Source: Utricularia gibba
Lineage: Eukaryota > Plantae > Magnoliophyta
Direction of reading: 5' to 3'
Assembly (NCBI GenBank): GCA_002189035.1
Contig: NEEC01000454.1
Location: forward strand, 1 to 14,655
DNA length: 14,655 nt
Below are positions 9,301 to 14,655 of the stretch, one piece after another; position 1 is the stretch's first letter, and each line of letters starts with the position of its first letter. The position numbers were made by a program, and so were the translations under genes. The notes below the pieces were generated by a model. That model was not told where the DNA came from. It ran no database searches and worked only from the letters and a program-made list of their open reading frames with translations.

Positions 9301-9580
9301 TTCCTAGCGAGACTGGCCGCCACAAAACGAGAAGCTGTTCCTTGAAAAACCATGTAGGCAACACCGAAAACCGAACGTTAATAAATACATCACTTTCTTT
9401 GCCGGGCTACAACTTACTTTGGGCCAAGGCCTAAGCTGATCTTTTTCCGGTTCCAAGTGCCCCCCAAGACCGCCTCCTCATGTATAAAGTATGTTGTTAA
9501 AAAAATCATGTGGGGTGCACGTGACATCGTAATTTAAACAAATGCATCATTTTTTTTAATCGATTTGCATCCAGTTGACC
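3361..9580. repeat. Regular dimeric higher-order repeat: 10 consecutive A-B dimers (~622 bp each)
   Basis: A monomers start at 3361, 3984, 4607, 5231, 5852, 6474, 7092, 7713, 8334 and 8959. B monomers start at 3668, 4294, 4917, 5542, 6163, 6781, 7402, 8020, 8644 and 9266. There are only minor local exceptions, such as a mixed upstream segment before 4294. Confidence 0.93.
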
Positions 9581-12500
9581 TCATGAGCCATACAGAATCG
9601 GGGTCAAGGACCAAGTTCCCAGCGAGACTGGCCGCCACAAAACGAGAAGCGTTCCTTGAAAAACCATGTAGGCAGCCCCGAAAACCGAACGTTAATAAAT
9701 ACATCACTTTCTTTGCCGGGCTACAACTTACTTTGGGCCAAGGCCTAAGCTGACTTTTTCGGTTCCAAGTGCACCCAAAGACCGCCTCTCAAGTATAAAG
9801 TAAGTTGTTGAAAAAATCATGTGGGGTGCACGTGATATCGTAATTTAAACAAATGCATCATTTTTTTTAATCGATTTGCATCCTTTGACCTCATGAGCCA
9901 TAAGAATCGGGGCAAGGACCAAGTTCCAGCGAGACTGGCCGCCACAAAACGAGAAGCTGTTCCTTGAAAAACCATGTAGGCAACACCGAAAACCGAACGT
10001 TAATAAATACATCACTTTCTTTGCCGGGCTACAACTTACTTTGGGCCAAGGCCTAAGCTGATCTTTTTCCGGTTCCAAGTGCCCCCAAAGACCGCCTCTC
10101 AAGTATAAAGTAAGTTGTTGAAAAAATCATGTGGGGTGCACGTGACATCATAATTTAAACAAATGCATCATTTTTTTTAATCGATTTGCATCCAGTTGAC
10201 CTCATGAGCCATACAGAATCGGGGTCGGACCAAGTTCCCAGCGAGACTGGCCGCCACAAAACGAGAAGCGGTTCCTTGAAAAACCATGTAGGCAGCCCCG
10301 AAAACCGAACGATAATAAATACATCACTTTATTTGCCGGACTACAACTTACTTTGGGCCAAGCCTAAGCTGATCTTTTTCCGTTCCAAGTGCCCCCCGCC
10401 TCTCAAGTATAAAGTAAGTTGTTGAAAAAAATCATGTGGGGTGCACGTGACATCGTAATTTAAACAAATGCATCATTTTTTTAATCGATTTGCATCCAGT
10501 TGACCTCATGAGCCATAAGAATCGGGGTCCAAGTTCCCAGCGAGACTGGCCGCCACAAAACGAGAAGCGGTTCCTTGAAAAACCATGTAGGCAACCCCGA
10601 AAACCGAACGTAATAAATACATCACTTTATTTGCCGGACTACAACTTACTTTGGGCCAAGGCCTAAGCTGATCTTTTTCCGTTCCAAGTGCCCCCAAGAC
10701 CGCCTCCTCAAGTATAAAGTAAGTTGTTGAAAAAATCATGTGGGGTGCACGTGACATCGCAATTTAAACAAATGCATCATTTTTTTATCGATTTGCATCC
10801 TTTTGACCTCATGAGCCATAAAGAATCGCGGGCGGACCAAGTTCCAGCGAGACTGGCCGCCACAAAACGAGAAGCGTTCCTTGAAAAACCATGTAGGCAA
10901 CCCGAAAACCGAACGTTAATAAATACATCACTTTCTTTGCCGGGCTACAACTTACTTTGGCCAAGGCCTAAGCTGACTTTTTCCGGTTCCAAGTGCACCC
11001 AAAGACCGCCTCTCAAGTATAAAGTAAGTTGTTGAAAAAATCATGTGGGGTGCACGTGACATCGTAATTTAAACAAATGCATCATTTTTTTTAATCGATT
11101 TGCATCCAGTTGACCTCATGAGCCATAAGAATCGGGGCAAGGACCAAGTTCCAGCGAGACTGGCCGCCACAAAACGAGAAGCTGTTCCTTGAAAAACCAT
11201 GTAGGCCCGAAAGTTAATAAATACATCACTTTCTTTGCCGGACTACAACTTACTTTGGGCCAAGGCCTAAGCTGATCTTTTTCCGGTTCCAAGTGCACCC
11301 AAAGACCGCCTTCTCAAGTATAAAGTAAGTTGTTGAAAAAATCATGTGGGGTGCACGTGACATCATAATTTAAACAAATGCATCATTTTTTTAATCGATT
11401 TGCATCCAGTTGACCTCATGAGCCATACAGAATCGGGGTCAAGGACCAAGTTCCCAGCGAGACTGGCCGCCACAAAACGAGAAGCGTTCCTTGAAAAACC
11501 ATGTAGGCACCCGAAAACCGAACGATAATAAATACATCACACTTTATTTGCCGGACTACAACTTACTTTGGGCCAAGGCCTAAGCTGACTTTTTCCGGTT
11601 CCAAGTGCCCCAAGACCGCCTCCTCAAGTATAAAGTAAGTTGTTGAAAAAATCATGTGGGGTGCACGTGATATCGCAATTTAAACAAATGCATCATTGTA
11701 TTCATCGATTTGCATCCTTTTGTCCTCATGAGCCATAAAGAATCGCGGGCCGGACCAAGTTCCTAGCGAGACTGGCCGCCACAAAACGAGAAGCTGTTCC
11801 TTGAAAAACCATGTAGGCAACACCGAAAACCGAACGTTAATAAATACATCACTTTCTTTGCCGGGCTACAACTTACTTTGGGCCAAGGCCTAAGCTGATC
11901 TTTTTCCGGTTCCAAGTGCCCCAAAGACCGCCTCTCAAGTATAAAGTAAGTTGTTGAAAAAAATCATGTGGGGTGCACGTGACATCGTAATTTAAACAAA
12001 TGCATCATTTTTTTTAATCGATTTGCATCCAGTTGACCTCATGAGCCATAAGAATCGGGGTCAAGGACCAAGTTCCCAGCGAGACTGGCCGCCACAAAAC
12101 GAGAAGCGTTCCTTGAAAAACCATGTAGGCAACCCGAAAACCGAACGTTAATAAATACATCACTTTCTTTGCCGGCTACAACTTACTTTGGGCCAAGGCC
12201 TAAGCTGACTTTTTCCGGTTCCAAGTGCCCCCAAGACCGCCTCTCATGTATAAAGTAAGTTGTTGAAAAAAATCATGTGGGTGCACGTGACATCGTAATT
12301 TAAACAAATGCATCATTTTTTTTAATCGATTTGCATCCAGTTGACCTCATGAGCCATACAGAATCGGGGTCAAGGACCAAGTTCCCAGCGAGACTGGCCG
12401 CCACAAAACGAGAAGCGGTTCCTTGAAAAACCATGTAGGCAGCCCCCGAAAACCGAACGATAATAAATACATCACTTTATTTGCCGGACTACAACTTACT

Positions 12501-14655
12501 TTGGCCAAGGCCTAAGCTGACTTTTTCCGGTTCCAAGTGCCCCCAAGACCGCCTCTCATGTATAAAGTAAGTTGTTGAAAAAAATCATGTGGGGTGCACG
12601 TGACATCGTAATTTAAACAAATGCATCATTTTTTTTAATCGATTTGCATCCTTGACCTCATGAGCCATAAAGATCGGGGCAAGGACCAAGTCCCAGCGAG
12701 ACTGGCCGCCACAAAACGAGAAGCTGTTCCTTGAAAAACCATGTAGGCAACACCGAAAACCGAACGTTAATAAATACATCACTTTCTTTGCCGGGCTACA
12801 ACTTACTTTGGGCCAAGGCCTAAGCTGATCTTTTTCCGGTTCCAAGTGCCCCAAAGACCGCTTCTCATATAAAGTAAGTTGTTGAAAAAATCATGTGGGG
12901 TGCACGTGACATCATAATTTAAACAAATGCATCATTTTTTTTAATCGATTTGCATCCAGTTGACCTCATGAGCCATACAGAATCGGGGTGGACCAAGTTC
13001 CCAGCGAGACTGGCCGCCACAAAACGAGAAGCGGTTCCTTGAAAAACCATGTAGGCAGCCCCCGAAAACCGAACGATAATAAATACATCACTTTATTTGC
13101 CGGACTACAACTTACTTTGGCCAAGGCCTAAGCTCTTTTTCCGGTTCCAAGTGCCCCCAAGACCGCCTCCTCATGTATAAAGTAAGTTGTTAAAAAAATC
13201 ATGTGGGGTGCACGTGATATCGTAATTTAAACAAATGCATCATTTTTTTCATCGATTTGCATCCTTTTGTCCTCATGAGCCATAAAGAATCGCGGGCCCG
13301 GACCAAGTTCCTAGCGAGACTGGCCGCCACAAAACGAGAAGCTGTTCCTTGAAAAACCATGTAGGCAACACCGAAAACCGAACGTTAATAAATACATCAC
13401 TTTCTTTGCCGGGCTACAACTTACTTTGGGCCAAGGCCTAAGCTGATCTTTTTCCGGTTCCAAGTGCACCCAAGACCGCCTCTCAAGTATAAAGTAAGTT
13501 GTTGAAAAAATCATGTGGGGTGCACGTGACATCATAATTTAAACAAATGCATCATTTTTTTTCGATTTGCATCCAGTTGACCTCATGAGCCATACAGAAT
13601 CGGGGTCAAGGACCAAGTTCCCAGCGAGACTGGCCGCCACAAAACGAGAAGCGGTTCCTTGAAAAACCATGTAGGCAGCCCCCGAAAACCGAACGATAAT
13701 AAATACATCACTTTATTTGCCGGACTACAACTTACTTTGGCCAAGGCCTAAGCTGATCTTTTCCGTTCCAAGTGCGACCGCCTCCTCAAGTATAAAGTAA
13801 GTTGTTGAAAAAATCATGTGGGGTGCACGTGATATCGCAATTTAAACAAATGCATCATTGTATTCATCGATTTGCATCCTTTTGTCCTCATGAGCCATAA
13901 AGAATCGCGGGCCCGGACCAAGTTCCTAGCGAGACTGGCCGCCACAAAACGAGAAGCTGTTCCTTGAAAAACCATGTAGGCAACACCGAAAACCGAACGT
14001 TAATAAATACATCACTTTCTTTGCCGGGCTACAACTTACTTTGGCCAAGGCCTAAGCTGACTTTTTCCGGTTCCAAGTGCACCCAAAGACCGCCTCTCAA
14101 GTATAAAGTAAGTTGTTGAAAAAATCATGTGGGGTGCACGTGACATCGTAATTTAAACAAATGCATCATTTTTTTTTAATCGATTTGCATCCAGTTGACC
14201 TCATGAGCCATACAGAATCGGGGTCAAGGACCAAGTTCCCAGCGAGACTGGCCGCCACAAAACGAGAAGCGTTCCTTGAAAAACCATGTAGGCAACCCGA
14301 AAACCGAACGATAATAAATACATCACTTTCTTTGCCGGGCTACAACTTACTTTGGGCAAGCCTAAGCTGACTTTTTCCGGTTCCAAGTGCACCCAAAGAC
14401 CGCCTCTCAAGTATAAAGTAAGTTGTTGAAAAAATCATGTGGGTGCACGTGATCATAATTTAAACAAATGCATCATTTTTTTATCGATTTGCATCCTTTG
14501 ACCTCATGAGCCATAAGAATCGGGGGGGACCAAGTTCCCAGCGAGACTGGCCGCCACAAAACGAGAAGCTGTTCCTTGAAAAACCATGTAGGCAACACCG
14601 AAAACCGAACGTAATAAATACATCACTTTCTTTGCCGGGCTACAACTTACTTTGG
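9581..14655. repeat. Degraded/mosaic part of the array with many A/B chimeric and shortened monomers
   Basis: Monomers at 9581, 9891, 10506, 10809, 11116, 12039, 12658, 14201 and 14504 mix A and B diagnostics. Several units are only 300-305 bp. Near-clean A or B units persist, e.g. 11726 B, 12347 A, 13583 A, 13888 B. Confidence 0.85.

Larger units (their letters stand above)
1..14655. repeat. Tandem satellite DNA array, ~310 bp monomer, ~47 head-to-tail copies; runs off both window ends
   Basis: The anchor CTCATGAGCCATA recurs with TCATGA at 255, 567, 878, 1186, 1496, 1807, 2117, 2428, 2739, 3050, 3361 ... 13888, 14201, 14504 (47 copies, spacing 300-316 bp). All copies are in the same orientation with no intervening unique sequence. 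Confidence 0.99.

Noticed and set aside
255-14410. The many 60-103 aa ORFs on both strands (e.g. ...WPKVSCSPAKKVMYLLTFGFR..., MHPVDLMSHTESGSRTK...)
   Set aside because: They are translations of the same repeat in shifting frames. Starts, stops and frames change from copy to copy through 1-bp indels, no frame is preserved across monomers, and I recognise no domain.
223-14483. Length variation of T7-T9, A5-A8 and C4-C6 runs as biological polymorphism
   Set aside because: It cannot be distinguished from long-read homopolymer error, so I did not use it as evidence for subfamilies.
1-14655. CRISPR array
   Set aside because: The unit is ~310 bp and the variable segment is homologous between copies, not a unique spacer. 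There are no cas genes or leader.
1-14655. 5S rRNA or snRNA tandem gene array
   Set aside because: I recognise no 5S, U1, U2, U6 or similar coding sequence on either strand. An Rfam/Infernal scan of the monomer would settle it.
1-14655. Assignment to a named satellite family or species (CentO, CentC, alpha satellite, 1.688, Afa, etc.)
   Set aside because: Only the length scale is similar and I recognise no sequence identity. A BLASTN or Dfam/Repbase search with the consensus monomer is required.

Overview
The whole window is one uninterrupted head-to-tail tandem array of a ~310 bp non-coding satellite. There are 47 TCATGA anchors from 255 to 14504 (mean spacing 309.8 bp, range 300-316), about 47.3 monomers in total. 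I see no genes, RNA genes, mobile-element ORFs or unique DNA; the listed ORFs are frame-unstable readings of the repeat. The array is hierarchical. (i) Each ~310 bp monomer looks like an ancient dimer of a ~155 bp unit. (ii) Two monomer types, A and B, differ at 21 aligned substitutions outside the variable tail and alternate to form a ~620 bp higher-order repeat, strictly so from 3361 to 9580. (iii) Rarer variants recur in local clusters or about every 10 monomers. Each monomer carries a 12-bp inverted repeat (ACAACTTACTTT...AAAGTAAGTTGT) bracketing its most variable ~60 bp. A/B hybrid monomers flip the dimer phase. After ~9580 hybrids become common and bases are often missing exactly at A/B-diagnostic positions, which suggests consensus/polishing artefacts. 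I do not recognise the satellite family or organism. Eukaryotic heterochromatic or centromeric satellite is the most likely identity, by inference only.
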